A stretch of 64,000 nucleotides of DNA from Eledone cirrhosa (Eukaryota), in assembly GCA_964016885.1 (NCBI GenBank), contig OZ024740.1, positions 286,812,001-286,876,000 on the forward strand, given 5' to 3'. The translations under genes were made by a program, and so were the position numbers. Below the pieces are notes generated by a model, which saw only the letters and a program-made list of their open reading frames with translations, was not told where the DNA came from and did no database searches. Below are positions 50,446-64,000 of this stretch, one piece after another (positions within the stretch are counted from its first letter, which is position 1; each line of letters starts with the position of its first letter).

Positions 50446-53400
50446 TACACTGCTTGATTAAAAACTTTTAGAGGTAATCCCCTCCCCTTCTCTGATTTAA
50501 GTTTCTTACTTCGTCTTCCTTCACTACTATAAATTTTATAATATACAGAGCGTATTTTAATATTTACAAATATTTCCTGAATATACTCGCTTTGTAGAGT
50601 ATGAGTGCACGCGTGTTTCTGAATGGTTATATAAAGTATAATCATATTAATTGCCGGAAACTATAGTGATAACCTGCAATGCCTAGAGCCACACCAGTTG
50701 AAAAAACAAGTTAGGCGTGTTGGTATGTGTGTGTGCCTTAAGAAATAACTGTTTCGCGCAAGGTCTACCGGTGAAGGGCACTGTCGCAACATCAGTTATT
50801 TCGCACTCCTTATGGCACGCCAATATACCTCACTTACTTGAGCCATCTAGAAACCTGTTTGTGGTCTTTTTGTTTGCTAGAAATAGCAGCCAAATCTCCC
50901 CAATCACATTCTGCCATCTTAAAAAAACAAACAAAAAATTAGAATATGTAGTCCTAAGTATACTGTCTGAAAAAAAAGACGGGATGGTCATGGTTTTAAA
51001 AATATATATCTTGATCATAACGTCTTTTCGATCAGAACCGACCTGAGGATAAATAACTACAGACTCACTTTCTTTTCCGTTTTAATTATATAAATATTGT
51101 TGTATTTTACTTTTCGGCTGTTTCTGCATGCTTGACTAAGTTAAACTCTATTTGCAAAATCTCAACACCTTACGATTTCTCCGAAATGCCTCTTATTCGT
51201 GTTTGCCTTGAATCTTGATCTTTGAAGAAAAAAATATTGTCTATTTTCAATTACTTATTTAAAATAACATAGAAATTCAGTTAAAAATAAATTGTGTTCG
51301 TATAATAAATATTTCCCAACAATATTAAGTAGTTCAACACCTGATCGAACAGACCTAAGAACATAGGCATTCCAGCCGTGGCCAACCTCCCCAAAAGGGG
51401 ACTGCATTATGTCCTCCCTCGCTTTTAAAGAGTCTTAAAGGAGGTTTAACTGCTATTTCTAACACGAATTGTTGCTACGTTTGTAACTCGATCAGATAGT
51501 TAAATATTATATCTATCTTCCACTAGCAGACAGTTTAAAACAAAAAAGAAACTAAACTGTTTATTCAAATAAATATTCCAATCGTAAGTATATTTACTAC
51601 TGTCAAGAAAGATTATTATTGTTACTTCACGTATGAACTCCTTCTTTCCATACGTATTTTCAGTTATTGGGCCCAAAGACCATATATTTTCATTGGGGGG
51701 TAAATAGGAATTTGGAATGTATGTTTTCTCATGTATGGTAACAACGAAGCGTCGAAATGAAGTAACAAAGTGAAACTGTTAGCGATAGACGAAAAGGCTA
51801 CCGCTTTCACAATTTTATATTTCCATTAATGCTCAAAAGTATTATAAAATATTTTAAAGATTCTCAATCTGTAATTTGAAAAACCCCTGAAATAAAGTTT
51901 TATACAAAAATTACTAACTTCTGTTGTAGTCATATGATAAGTCTTAAACTTTCAAAGTTAACCTTTAAAAAAAGTTAATTTATTTCATATATATTTCCCT
52001 TCAACCAATTTTTAAGACTAAGCTGTTTCATTGCATATTTTGTCCATTATTATCGACATTTTAATGCCTTATGAGATGGATGGAATGCTGTATACCATAA
52101 CACCACTCATCTGGATCTTTTATTATTTCATTTGTGGTGCCCTGTTTACTAAGATCTTCACTGACAGCACATAGCATTTTCTTTTCACTCAGCAAGACTG
52201 TTCATGCCCATTAATATCCAGCCACTCTCTCAGCTCACCTGTGCTCCTTTTATTCAGTTTAATGTAAATACATTCAATGGATTATGCTCATGCCTTTTCT
52301 AATACCTGGTTTTGCAACAGCCACCTCTACCACTAATTATATGACCTAGGTAACAGTTACTATCTATTGAACTAGTTGAGCAGTTGGTTGACTTTTGTAG
52401 TTATGGTTCCTAGTTGGTCTATCAGAGTTTGCTGCATCTTTCATTTAGTTTTTGTTTGCATTAAATTCCTACCTACTCTCTTATATATTGAGCAAGAGGA
52501 GATTTCAGGTAAACACTGTAATCCAATAACAAAATATTTGTAAATTGTAAGTGACTTTGCTGCTTACAGCAGTAAGCTGTGTTTTCTGATGTGATTTATT
52601 TACAAATATGTGTATTATATTAAGTGTTTTTTCTTCCAGAGATAGGAAGAGCACTTGTGAAAGGAATTCTTTCAAATGTCTAAAATGCTTCTTAGAGGTA
52701 GTTGACAATTTCTATTCCCTTGGAGTTGGGTATCCTGAATGCATAATAACCAGAAGAATGGTTTGGAAAAAATCTAGTGAGCTATTACTTACTTTTGCTG
52801 GTATTAAAGGGTTTCTCTCTCCAAGTTAAGGACATTATATGAAGATTGATAGTGTATAGTAACAAAACCTTTACATCTGCCTTTTTCATGCTTGCATGGG
52901 TTGGCACGGAACTTTCTGGGGGCAGGTTTTTCTTTGGCCAAATGCCCTTTCTGGTGCCAACCCATACTTTCAAGTGTAGTATATATAAAGTGTTAACATT
53001 TGTCGAACTGCTATATTCCAGGATGTATGGGGAACAAGAATGTCACCATTGGCATGTTTAAAGTGTTTATATGATGTTTTGTGGCAACTGGTATACAAAG
53101 GTTACTCTAAGAAAAATATCTTTTTAACTGTAATCCAAACTTCTTCATCTTTTGAGTATTTTCTGTGTAACAGTAATAGTTCATATAGATATGTTGTAGT
53201 TAATAGGAAAAAGATGTCTTTGTTATTCAAAGATTTTATTTTTATAAATATTTAAATTGTATTTAATGTTTGAGTAAATATGCATAATTTTTATTTTCCA
53301 TAGTGTCCTTTCATTGATAATTTATTTCTGTCACTAGTTGTTATTATTAACTTTGTTAGCTTAAATCCTATCAAGTCTTTCATAACTGTATTAAATGAGT

Positions 53401-55140
53401 TTAAATTGAATAGTTTCTAGTTTCTTTAATCTAAAACTACTCTTTAATATATTTAAGAATTGACTAGTCCTTGAAATTAGTATTTCCTAAAGAGCTGCAA
53501 TTGGTAATGATTTTACATTTCATTTCAAGTTTTGTTTTAGGTAATTGATGTGTTTGTGTTTCAGATTACTCAGTTTAATGACTGTTTTTCCGTAGTAACT
53601 TCTCCATGTTTCATTCTTGTCATTTACTTTGTGAGACCCAATGTTTTTGGATCTGACCTACCTTCAGTCTTCTTTTATACATTATTGTCTATTTAATTTC
53701 TTAACTCTTATTTCCCCATATTGTAATATTTCACATTTATTATCTAATTCACTACTTTATCACATCAACATTTTATATACAACATTATATAATCATCATA
53801 TATAGAGAGAAACTCTACGTTCGGTGCTTCACCCCTATATCTATTGTGTTTGGCTGATGTGAGATAGATTACTTCTAGATAGGATACCTGCCTGCAATTT
53901 TCCTAACAGTTTTGGTTCCCACTGTCAACATTTGGGTTAACTGAATCATGAATTTCACTTTCACTGCAGGCATTTCATTGTATATCCTGTCCAAAGAAAC
54001 AGTGAACTTGTAAGCACAAGTATTTATTTTGCCTCTATAGAATCCCATAGTCAATAGATAGGCGTTTTTTGTTTATTCAAACTACTAAAAACTCCTGTAC
54101 TAAATAAACTGAGCCATTGAGAGTAATGATTTTAGCCATGGATACAACATGGTTCCGAGACATGGATTGTCTAGTATCCTAATAAGTTGGCTAACTGCTG
54201 CTCTATGTAGATATTTTTATATGTATATCTCTCTTTCTCCTTCTTACTTGAGGAATGTGAGAAACAGCAACTTCAGAATACAAATAGCCATCTCTCAGCT
54301 TCAACTTTCTATGTTAACATGGATTATCATGGTCTGAGTCAATTAGTATTACTTGCACTTGCTGCTTTCCTGGTTGAGTCATTGTTCTTTTATGTTCCAT
54401 TTTAGACATGGCTTTCTTGACAGCTGCAGTACAGAGTGTATTGGATGCAGTTTATCATGTTACCAGCACTAGAGCAGTTTTGTTTTTGTCAATACTAAAA
54501 GCATTCTCTATCTTATGCTGTCTCCATTCATTTGTCAACCACATAGCAATGTTCTAGGTGCATTTTATTGTGGTCCCAGCTTCAGTTTATTCATGAAGCA
54601 AAATAAAATGCTATCTGATAGTTGTAGTTTTATGGTATTTAGTTAGGTATTCTCAACACCTTAAACTCTGTTTGGCCAATCAATCTGGTCTGTGCTTTGA
54701 TTAGGAGGCTTAAAATCCTGTCCATATTGCTGGTTCTGTATTAAGAAAGGCGGCTGTAGTTAGTACCCAGCCAATGCATTTAAAAGTTAGCAAAGGCCCA
54801 GATTTTTTATTTATGGTAGGAAGCTATATTGTTAGTACAACTACTCTGTTGATGCCTGAGATACATGGAGTTATTGGCCACCAAGGGTGGACTTGTGTTG
54901 GAGTAGTTCTTGATAGAGCAGTTCCATTATTTGGTGGCCTGCTTGGGTGGCTGACTTCATTTGTTGCCCTGTTTAACACCACCATCTTGCCTTTGGGTTC
55001 TTTCAGCATATTCCACTCTATGTAAAAAGGAAATACATATACAATCCTACAAAAATGTAACTGATTTAAAATCGAAATTAACATATTAAAGATAAACGTT
55101 TTATTTATTCCATACTTCTTTTACAGATCAGATTTGCATA

Positions 55141-55194
55141 ATGGGTAGAAAAAAGATTCAGATAACTCGTATAAACGATGAACGGAACAGACAA
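55141..55194 (+). CDS. MEF2: MEF2 first coding exon (MADS-box N-terminus)
   Basis: MGRKKIQITRINDERNRQ|GTAAGT; acceptor 14 nt upstream of the ATG. Confidence 0.97.
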
Positions 55195-56214
55195 GTAAGT
55201 GATATATTTTTCAGGATCTTTTTGAAAATGAAAATTTGTTGCTTAATTTTCATGCATATTTAAACCACAATGCACGTTCATAACTTTGTATCAAATTGTG
55301 TTCAAATATTTTACAAATGTGAAACCAATGTATATTTTAATCACACTTAAACATATTTCTTACTAGAATAGTTTATACTGCAAGTTGTAAGGATTTAAAA
55401 GCAACATCAAAGATGAGCCTATGACTAACTTTGGGATTCTTTAAGAAAATAACAGAATAATTACAATAGTTAAACCACTCAAAAACTATGAAAAGTCAAG
55501 AAAGAGATTCTTTCCTTTTGCTGAACAAATACTGGTTTCAAATTTAAAATATATTGGGACAGACAATAAATAGCCATCTCAAAATATTTTCAGTTAAATT
55601 CTTCATGACATGAACTTTAATAGTTTACTTCAAACCTAACCTTATCATTTTATTGGACTAAGGTTATAGTAGGAGATCCTTGCTCAAGGTGCCATGCATT
55701 GACTAAATTTGAACACATGGTTCTGAAGCAAACTTCTTAACCACACAGCCATGCCTGCACCTGAAGAGATTCATTATCAAATAAGCATCAATGAGAAAGA
55801 ATGAAATTTCTTTTTTATAAAGAGTTAATAAATATTGCTATAGTTTGTAACATATTTTACTAGTATAATAATAATAATAATAATATTAAAGTAGAATATA
55901 AACTATAACAAGAGTTAAAAGAAAACACCACATTATATAGATAGTCTGAGAAAAAGTCAAAGGAGCTCAAGTCAGAATTTTCGAGTTGGTTGTGAAAAAT
56001 GATTTGAGACGAGAAAAAAACAAGCTTCTTAGATCAAGCCTAATAAAGTTCAAATCAATATTAACTTTATTAAGAGAAAACAGTGTGTACAACCCACAAA
56101 AGTTGGTGGCTGAACATTACTGATCCAGAAAGATTACAAATCCTATTATGATAGTTTGAAATATGGATTTTAAGTCTCTACAATGTGATACCAGCATGAA
56201 ATCAAAAGGTGCTA

Positions 56215-56790
56215 GGAGGTGGACTTTCATGAAGCGCAGCCTCTGGATCTACGAGCCACACAAATGTAGCTGTGGATCCACTAGACTCTTTTTGCCTCCA
56301 CTCACTGTCACTACAAGTACTGGCTGCCTTCCACGCCATGCTGCTCTCAACAAAGTCATAAAGCATGGATTGGTTGCTGCAGGCTTCGCCCTCCCAGCTC
56401 AAGCCTGCGGGGCTGGACCAAGGCTACGGCAAAAGGCCAGACTGCATGATTATCTTCCCATTCCATAGTGGTAAACCCCTCATCTACGATACCACATACA
56501 GCGATATATTCTCCAGTGGCAACCTGGTGCAGTCTGCGATTAACCCAGTCTCAGCTGCACTTTGGGCTGAGATGGGTAAACTCTCCAAATATCAGTCACT
56601 CTCCAACAGGCTTGCAGTCAAGCCTCTAACAGTGGAGACGTCTGGTGTCCTCAGCCCTAGGGCCACCTCCCTAATCACCACCATCAGCACAGAGTTGGCT
56701 CCCTGCAGGTGTGAGCTTCACAAGCTGGAATGGCTCTCCTAGTGCATCTCCCGCACCATCTTCCAGGGAAACGCCTTCTCTATTCTGTTT
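56215..56790 (+). mobile_element. CRE-clade non-LTR retrotransposon remnant (zinc knuckle + restriction-like endonuclease)
   Basis: 'HKCSCG..RHAALN','GKRPD..PFHSGKPLIYD','KLSKY','VETSG','QGNA', with frameshifts. Confidence 0.75.
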
Positions 56791-57618
56791 GCTGGGGCTG
56801 TTGTGGGGTGGCCAGGGCTTGGGTGCCATTTGCTCATAATAGTGGGAGAGACAGAGGCAGTGACAATGGGAGTTTGGTTCCATTGTGTTCGGACCTGGTG
56901 TATATGTATATATTTATTTACCACACCACATTTTATTCATGTGCATGGATGTACAATATTAATTAATCACCAAGGTTACATGACAATACAAAAATGTAAT
57001 GGAATTTTAACGTCCAAACAAACTGGGTCTTCAAACACTAAAGACCTGATGTGTTTATCAATAAAGAAATATATGTCTCATCAATGCTTAAAGACCAAGA
57101 TTTGAGTAAACTGATAGTTGCTCAGAACTTGTGTTAAAGTTCTTAATGTGGCAAAGGAGAACATGTGATTTAAATTAATAGTTAGAGCACTGGGTAAAGG
57201 TATGTAGTCTAGTGGTTATGTTGTTGGTCTCAGGATTATATGGCTATTGGGTCGATTCCTGGACCGTGTGGCATGTTGAGTTCCTGAGCAAGTTGCTTTT
57301 GTTCATGTTGCTTTTTATGACAGGACTTGGGTACCTAACATTAAAACACATGAGAAACCTCTTATAAGATGCAATGTTGTAGGAGGTTAGTTAAACCTAC
57401 ATGGGTGTGAAATGTCTATTTTTCTTTTCCAGAGCATTAGGCTTAATTTCTGAAAAGATTCCTATCTATCATAACTACATTGCTTGAAACTGTTATTCTA
57501 AGAAAACTACTTTCTGTCTGAAGTTTTCAAACCTGGTGGAAAGAGACAAGTTAATATTTGTATTGTAGTGACAAACATAAACATTGTAATAATAATAATA
57601 ATTAATTATTATTTTCAG

Positions 57619-57822
57619 GTAACTTTTACAAAGCGTAAATTTGGACTTATGAAAAAGGCTTATGAACTCTCTGTGCTGTGTGACTGTGAAATTGCACTGA
57701 TAATCTTCACAAGTGGAAACAAATTGTACCAGTATGCTAGCTCCGATATGGACAAAGTACTGCTGAAGTATACTGAGTACAATGACACAGTAGTCAGCCA
57801 AACTAACAGAGACATTGTAGAG
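57619..57822 (+). CDS. MEF2: MEF2 coding exon (MADS + MEF2 domain)
   Basis: [68 protein letters not shown]; 204-nt exon with AG/GT boundaries. Confidence 0.98.
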
Positions 57823-59895
57823 GTAATATTTAATTTTTTTATCTCCCAGCTTCCAAATCAGATTTAACTATAGTTATTGTTTATGCTGGTGAGATGGCAC
57901 CCATTATCCCTCAAATCTTGCCAAAATCAACTTTGCTTTTCATTCTTCTAGGGTCAATAAAATAAAGTACCAGTCTAAAATAAAGTACCAATTGATGGAA
58001 TTGTTAAAGAATGAGATAGGATGCTTTGTGGCATCTACCCCTGCTATGTGCATTCTGAGTTCAAATCCCACCTCTTTCTGGCAGGAGCTGCAACCAGCAG
58101 ATAGTATTAGCAATAGAAAAACCAATAGAAACAATATTTACAATATTTCCTTCGTCTGGTCTAATAATTGGCTCTTTTCTTTTCCTGTTTTTATTGCACA
58201 GTGGCTAGAGTTTGCAATGTTTAATGTTTCTTGCCATTAAGAGAAATATATTGTCTAAGGATGTCTACAAAAGATTGGAAGGATATTAGTATGATTCTAA
58301 GAAAATACCATTCAAAACTGAGGGAGTGTTATGAAATTGTTATGAATTTGACATCAAATGTCATAAAACAGAAGTTTCAGAATATTTATTGATTTCCTAT
58401 CTGTTATGTCACTATTTTTGGCTTGTCTTATTAACCATTTCATTAACATATTTCTAATGAAAAACTATTTGAATTAATTTATGAGGAATTTTATTAAAAT
58501 CAATAATTATTTCATTATTAAGATGGTATTTGTAACCTAACAAAAAGGTTTAAATTATGTTGGAAGGTTATAATTTAAATGGGAACCCTTTAAAATGCAC
58601 TGTTGTGTTTTATAGAACCAAAGGCATGTTTAGGGCAGGTTGTTATCAAAAAGGTTAAATAATACTGCTACTAGTATCTAGTGTCTATCTCTTCTATAGT
58701 ATCCCATGTTAAGATTTATGTGCAACACTACTAATTGATGAAATATTTCTCAATTGTATAATACTTAGCACATTAGAAACTATGAAACTATGTGAAATTA
58801 TTAACTCATTTCTGGAGCTAAAGTGTGAACAAAGGATTTCCAGAAGATAGTAGTTCCAAGAACAAATTATTTAATGTGAAATTTTAAGTGTGAGATATGG
58901 GCAGGATGATGGTGAGGAATTGGTTGAAATAGTTGGGTTGCATAAATGTATATAATATGCTAGTTCAAAGGAGTAGGAAACATTGTAGTAACAGTAAAAG
59001 AGACAGAAGAAGAGCACGATGACTTAGTGTGCTAGTGTTTCTGGTATTTTAATGAGTGAAATTTTGTCAGTCTCGTGTATGGTCAAGTTTTGGTTGTAGT
59101 GTGGAAGGCATGTGTCTGCTGATCTGTTCAATATATGTGAGCATAGGTTACTATTTCAAAATTTTTATTTGTTTTTAGATAATTAAATAAAAATGATAAA
59201 CTATTATAATATTTGATGAGTTGCATAACATTATATTGAGGAGCACCATTAAAGATTTCATGTTGTTTGTATAGTACAATCAAACAGGTAGTCCATCTTT
59301 TTATACCATACAAACAGGAAGAGTTGAGCTCATTATTGCAACCAGGTTAATTCTAACACTTAGTGTAGCAGATTTTACTTGCTGCTTAAGGAGACTGGGG
59401 TGTTCATTATTTTATTGACAATCAACTTGATTGCCTGTAGCAGTCAGTTATATAAATTTAATGTAATAGATATTTTCAATCTATGTTGGATTTAAATAAT
59501 CATTGAACTATTATCAGAGTGGCTATTGTGATGGGTTTATGCATCACATAACAGTCCCTTATCAAATATTATTATTATGCTGGTTTTCTAAACGTTTTTA
59601 TGTTCTTTTAGATTCAAATGCCTATATTTGAATGGATAAAACATAAAATTAGTTAGTATCTTCACCTATTTGAGAGTTCTTATATTGTACTGTACTATAA
59701 TGATGCTGGTTGAGGTTGTGGTGGCAGCTATTTCATACATCATTCATACATAAAAGACGAAATTGTAAAAAGGAGTGTGGTAAAAACAAGAATGGGTGAA
59801 AGACATTACATAATAGATGTAAAAACAAGTTTAAAAATTGATAGATTCAACATACAAATAATTATAATAATAATAATTTTATTACTCCATTTTAG

Positions 59896-60024
59896 CTTTT
59901 GAATAAGAAAGACAAAGGTAATGATAGTCCAGACCAAGAAGATGAATATGTACTGACTCCTCACACAATGGAAAGCTATAAACGAATTGATGCTGAATAT
60001 GCTAGAGTTATGCAGCAACCACCG
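59896..60024 (+). CDS. MEF2: MEF2 coding exon (alpha/HJURP_C-like region)
   Basis: LLNKKDKGNDSPDQEDEYVLTPHTMESYKRIDAEYARVMQQPP; ttttAG / GTtagt. Confidence 0.9.
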
Positions 60025-60452
60025 GTTAGTATTTTTTTTAATGAATTTTATATTGACACTTTCTGACCATATTTCTAATGAAAGACTATATGATTTTCAA
60101 ATAATTTTGAAAATGAAAAATTTGGAAGGATTTAGCAATATAATTAAGTTTTTTATTATTATGCTGGTATTTGGAGGGTATTTAGATAAAATATAAACTT
60201 TAAAATAAACAGGTTTATATAATAGAATCTGGGGCAGTTTGGTATATGAAGGGTTAATTAATGAAAATAATCTTGCAATTTTTGTTGCTATCACTGGAAT
60301 AATGTAGATACAATTGTCTAATGTCTATTGAGAGAGGTTTGTCCCTTATTATCTCTTTCTTTCAATCTATAATTATGTACAATCTGCTATACTACTGCTC
60401 TTGTCTATCTTTTCCATGTGTATGATTTTAATGTTGACCATTTTATTTTCAG

Positions 60453-60675
60453 CAACAAACTCCAACTTCAGTGACTTCTTATCCTTCGGTTCCTACTTCT
60501 GTACCTGTAGGTAACTTCTCAATCCCTAATTCTGCTATAAACAGTTCTCAGGCTGCTCCATCTGTGTCAGCTACAACTGGTCCCAATACAGTTCTTTTAT
60601 TACCTTCTAATCAGAATGGCCAATCTACAATTTCTGCAATACAAGCTAGCTACAGTCCTGTGCCTTCCACATCAG
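60453..60675 (+). CDS. MEF2: MEF2 coding exon (S/T/P-rich)
   Basis: ttttcAG|QQTPTSVTSYPSVPTSVPVGNF..PSTS(g)|GTaaaa; frame consistent with neighbours. Confidence 0.8.
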
Positions 60676-61078
60676 GTAAAAATGATAATTTTTTACTTTT
60701 TATAAAAAAAAATTTTTTGTAATATTTTTAATATGATTCAGTGAAAATAGAGATAAATTTGTTTTCATTTAATGATTTTGTGTGATAAACTTTTCTACTG
60801 GTTCAATCCAAACTTGAAGCTATAGATCACAGGGATTTATTTGGAATATTCTTTGATCTCTAATTTTTAAAGTATTTTTTGTGTTTATTTGAAGCTGAAA
60901 TAAACAAAATTATTGCATATAAATGTATAAATTTTCTAATTCATGTTTGCATTGAAAAACCTGTAAAAGTATTTATGTATTATATGGATTAACTAATTGT
61001 TAAATGAAATCTTTTATGATGTATCTTTAACTGAAATGGATTATTTTCTCATTTGTAATACCTATTTCTATTTTAAAG

Positions 61079-61344
61079 TATCGCTCTATTCAGGTTCAAA
61101 AAGTGGTGGAGATTCATCCAGTTCTCCAGTTACTGCCACTCGTTCTCTACAGATACCATCCCAAGCCACAGAAGACAGCAATTCTCCTGGAGCGCAATCT
61201 TCACCTGGTCCGTCTTTAGTTAATACATTGGTTAACAATAAAGATGTCACTGACTTAAGTACTACTAGTGCAGGACACTTACTACAAACTAAATCAAGAC
61301 CAGATTTAAGAATACTCATACCACCAAAGATGACCAATGATAAT
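61079..61344 (+). CDS. MEF2: MEF2 coding exon with MAPK docking motif (alternative acceptor at 61094)
   Basis: ..SPGAQSSPGP..KSRPDLRILIPPKMTNDN|GTGAGT; 'RPDLRILIP' matches the MEF2 D-domain. Confidence 0.85.
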
Positions 61345-62725
61345 GTGAGTATTTGAATTTTTGTATTGCTTTTTTGTTAATCATCATCATTATGTTTTAC
61401 CATGGATTGGGCTTTAAAAATCTTTACTTCCTCTGAATTCTTAAAAAAAATTTTTTTTATTGAATGTAATTCTATTTAACTTAAATGTTGTTTGAAAGAA
61501 GAAAAATGTCCTTGCTATTGCAGTCTTAATACTGAGTATGTTACAATATCTGTAATAGTTAAACTAGTATTTACAATTAATAGGTATCTTGGTGGAAACC
61601 TACTAGTTAAATTCATGTCTTGTACTCCTGTCTGAAAGTCCATAAGCTCAAAGCCAATCCCTTACAATTATATTTTAACTTTGCCTGTCTTAGTTCACCT
61701 AGATGCAAATAGGTGACGGTGGATTGGCAGTATCGGTAGAGGGTCGGACGCCATGCTTTCCAGCATAGTTGTCTCTTTACGATCTGAGTTCAAATCCCGA
61801 CGAGGTTGACTTTGCCTTTCATCCTTACGGGGTCGATAAAATAAAGTACCAGTAATGTACTGGGTAATTGCTGGCCTTGTGCCAAAAGTAGAAACAATTA
61901 TTGTTTCCTAGAATCAATAGAGCATCTGATAGAATGTTTTACTGTATTTGTTTCAATACTGTGCACTCTGAGTTCAGATCTTGCCAAGATCAACTTTGCC
62001 TTTCATCCAGTGTTGATAAAATACATTACTGGTCAAGTATTGGGGTCAATATAATCGATTTTCTTCTTTCTTCAAAATTGCTGGCTTTGTGCCTAAATTA
62101 GAAGCTATTATTTCTTCCTAGTTGAAGTATTAGCATTGAGAATGATATCAACTATAACTATACATTCATAGAGAAATATAATATTAGAGAAAAAATTAAT
62201 TGTTGTAAGCAAAGATATTATTTATGAAAATGTTAATAAATTTGACAATTAATGCTCAGAAGATGTTATAGCTGGATGGACTCAGAGGTATATGAAATAG
62301 AAAGACCCATAAATCTGCTAGTTGTAGGTTCACAGAGATATTTGATAATGTGCATGCTAAAGACGAGACAGATACCTATAACTTACAGAACAAGTCTCTG
62401 CAAGGTAACTTGCTGCAAGCCAAAGACAATAAGTATGACTGGAGTAAGGTACCAATGAGACATGGTGGTGTAGTGGTACAGTAGATAAAGCCATAAAAGC
62501 TAAGTGACATGTCTGAGAAGATTGCAAAAGATGAGAGAATAGGAAATCTGCTAACTTAATATTTATAAAATAAAATTGCTATAACTAATGATTATAGTGG
62601 AGAGAAAAAAAAGTTTCCATCTACTGACTTTGAGTGTGTAGGTGTTTTTATATTTCATACATTTATTGGTGGTTAATTATTGCTTATTTTATTTAGTCTA
62701 ATATTTTTGTAATGTTTATTTGCAG

Positions 62726-62816
62726 AATATTCGTGGAGGCATGAGTGCCCTGGATACACCTGTTGTATCTGTAGCCACACCTGGAAGTACAATGACTAAT
62801 CCGTCCCAATTGGCAG
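62726..62816 (+). CDS. MEF2: MEF2 coding exon with conserved TP phosphorylation motif; gene continues beyond the window
   Basis: ttgcAG|NIRGGMSALDTPVVSVATPGSTMTNPSQLA(g)|GTaatt; 'TPVVSVATP' is the p38 target motif of vertebrate MEF2A/C. Confidence 0.92.
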
Positions 62817-62933
62817 GTAATTGGAATCGTTCATTTTTTTTAAATACAAATTTCTTTATGTGGCTACATTAACCAGTTGTTAATCAGACTATCAATTTCT
62901 CTATATATGTTTCTCTATATATGTTTATATGCT

Positions 62934-64000
62934 TCAGCATGTACCCATGGGAGGTCGGGTACCCTGTATTACTGCGTGACGCCAGAAGTCACGGTCGTGT
63001 GTCATTGACTTTGAGAGGTGTAGTTGGGTAAGGTCGGCTTTTATCACCTCATCCCAAGTCATCTTGGGTCTCCCCACTCCGCGGTTTCCATCAACTTCTA
63101 GTGCTCTGCACCTTTTTATGCAGCTGTCATCCTTCATACGCATCACATGTCCATACCAGCGTAACCGCCTCTCCTGCACGCAGCATTTGATTCCTCTTAT
63201 GCTCAGTCTCTCTCTCAATTCATTTATGCTTTGTCGTTCACGTATATTACTGTTACACATCCATCGGAGCATGCAGGCTTCGTTTCTCTCTAATCTACGT
63301 AAGTCTTCCACCTTCAGCGCCCAGGTCTCACTACCATGCAACATCGCTGTTCGGATACACGCATCATACAGTCTGCCTTTCATTCTGAGGGAGAAGCCTT
63401 TTGCAGCTAGCAGTGGTAGTAGTTCCCTAAACTTCTTCCATCCCGTTCTTACCCTAGTTATTGTACTTTCTGAGCACCCACCTCCGTTGCTAATTCGGTC
63501 ACCTAGGTAGCAGAAGCTGTCTACTGTTTCTACAGGGCCCTCCCAGAGATTGGTGGTACTTGTTTCCTGTAGCTGTTTGCTTGCTGTTTCAGCACAGCTG
63601 CTGCATGTGAATCCTACATTCTTAATTAAGCTTCCTGAGATCCCGCTACATCTCTTGTGTACCCATTGTTTGCATTTGGGGCAAAGAATGGAGTTCCTAC
63701 CTACACCTTTCCTACATACTGAGCAAGGCCATTTCCCTGAGGGGATCTGGGTTCTGTTTTCTCGTCTACTTATAAGGACCTTAGTCTTTGTCATGTTGAC
63801 TTTGAGGCCCTTTCTCTCTAGTCCCTGCTTCCAGGTTTGGAATTTATTCTCTAGTTCTACCATAGATTCAGCTATGAGTGCGAGGTCATCAGCATACAGG
63901 AGTTCCCATGGGCATCCGGTCTTAAACTCCTCCGTTATTGCCTGCAGGACTATGATGAACAGGAGAGGGCTAAGAACAGAGCCCTGGTGGACCCCAACCT
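62934..64000 (-). mobile_element. Young RTE LINE (RT C-terminus with PHD finger), antisense in a MEF2 intron, runs off the window
   Basis: Uninterrupted frame from the window end: 'VGVHQGSVLSPLLF..YADDL..WPCSVC..WVHKRC..CSSC..YLG..LRWYGHVMR..GRPKMTW'. Confidence 0.95.

Noticed and set aside
57823-59895. A second mutually exclusive MEF2 alpha-type exon
   Set aside because: No paralogous exon with splice sites and a similar peptide was found by eye

Overview
AT-rich, microsatellite- and transposon-dense animal genomic DNA. The SINE/RTE repertoire suggests a coleoid cephalopod (octopus-like), which is an inference. There are two spliced host genes, both on the + strand. The first is the 3' five coding exons of mitochondrial ribosomal protein L45 (MRPL45, 12242-34162; its 5' exons were not recognised in the window). 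The second is the 5' part of a MEF2 transcription factor gene: a candidate promoter at about 47.9-49 kb, a candidate 5'UTR exon, and six coding exons at 55141-62816, continuing past the window end. The rest is mostly mobile DNA: RTE LINEs whose RT carries an inserted PHD-type zinc finger, tRNA-derived SINE families (one built from both ends of the RTE), CR1/L2-type and CRE-type LINE remnants, Tc1 and mariner transposons, TTAA piggyBac-like MITEs, three non-autonomous Helitron families, and Penelope-like elements (PLEs) of about three clades. The most notable observations are several families of minimal hammerhead-ribozyme motifs, including a ~490 bp intronic foldback with two oppositely oriented hammerheads, several long near-perfect hairpins, and a MEF2 with a divergent MEF2-domain motif. 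All calls come from reading the sequence by eye; no database searches were run, and most transposon boundaries are approximate.
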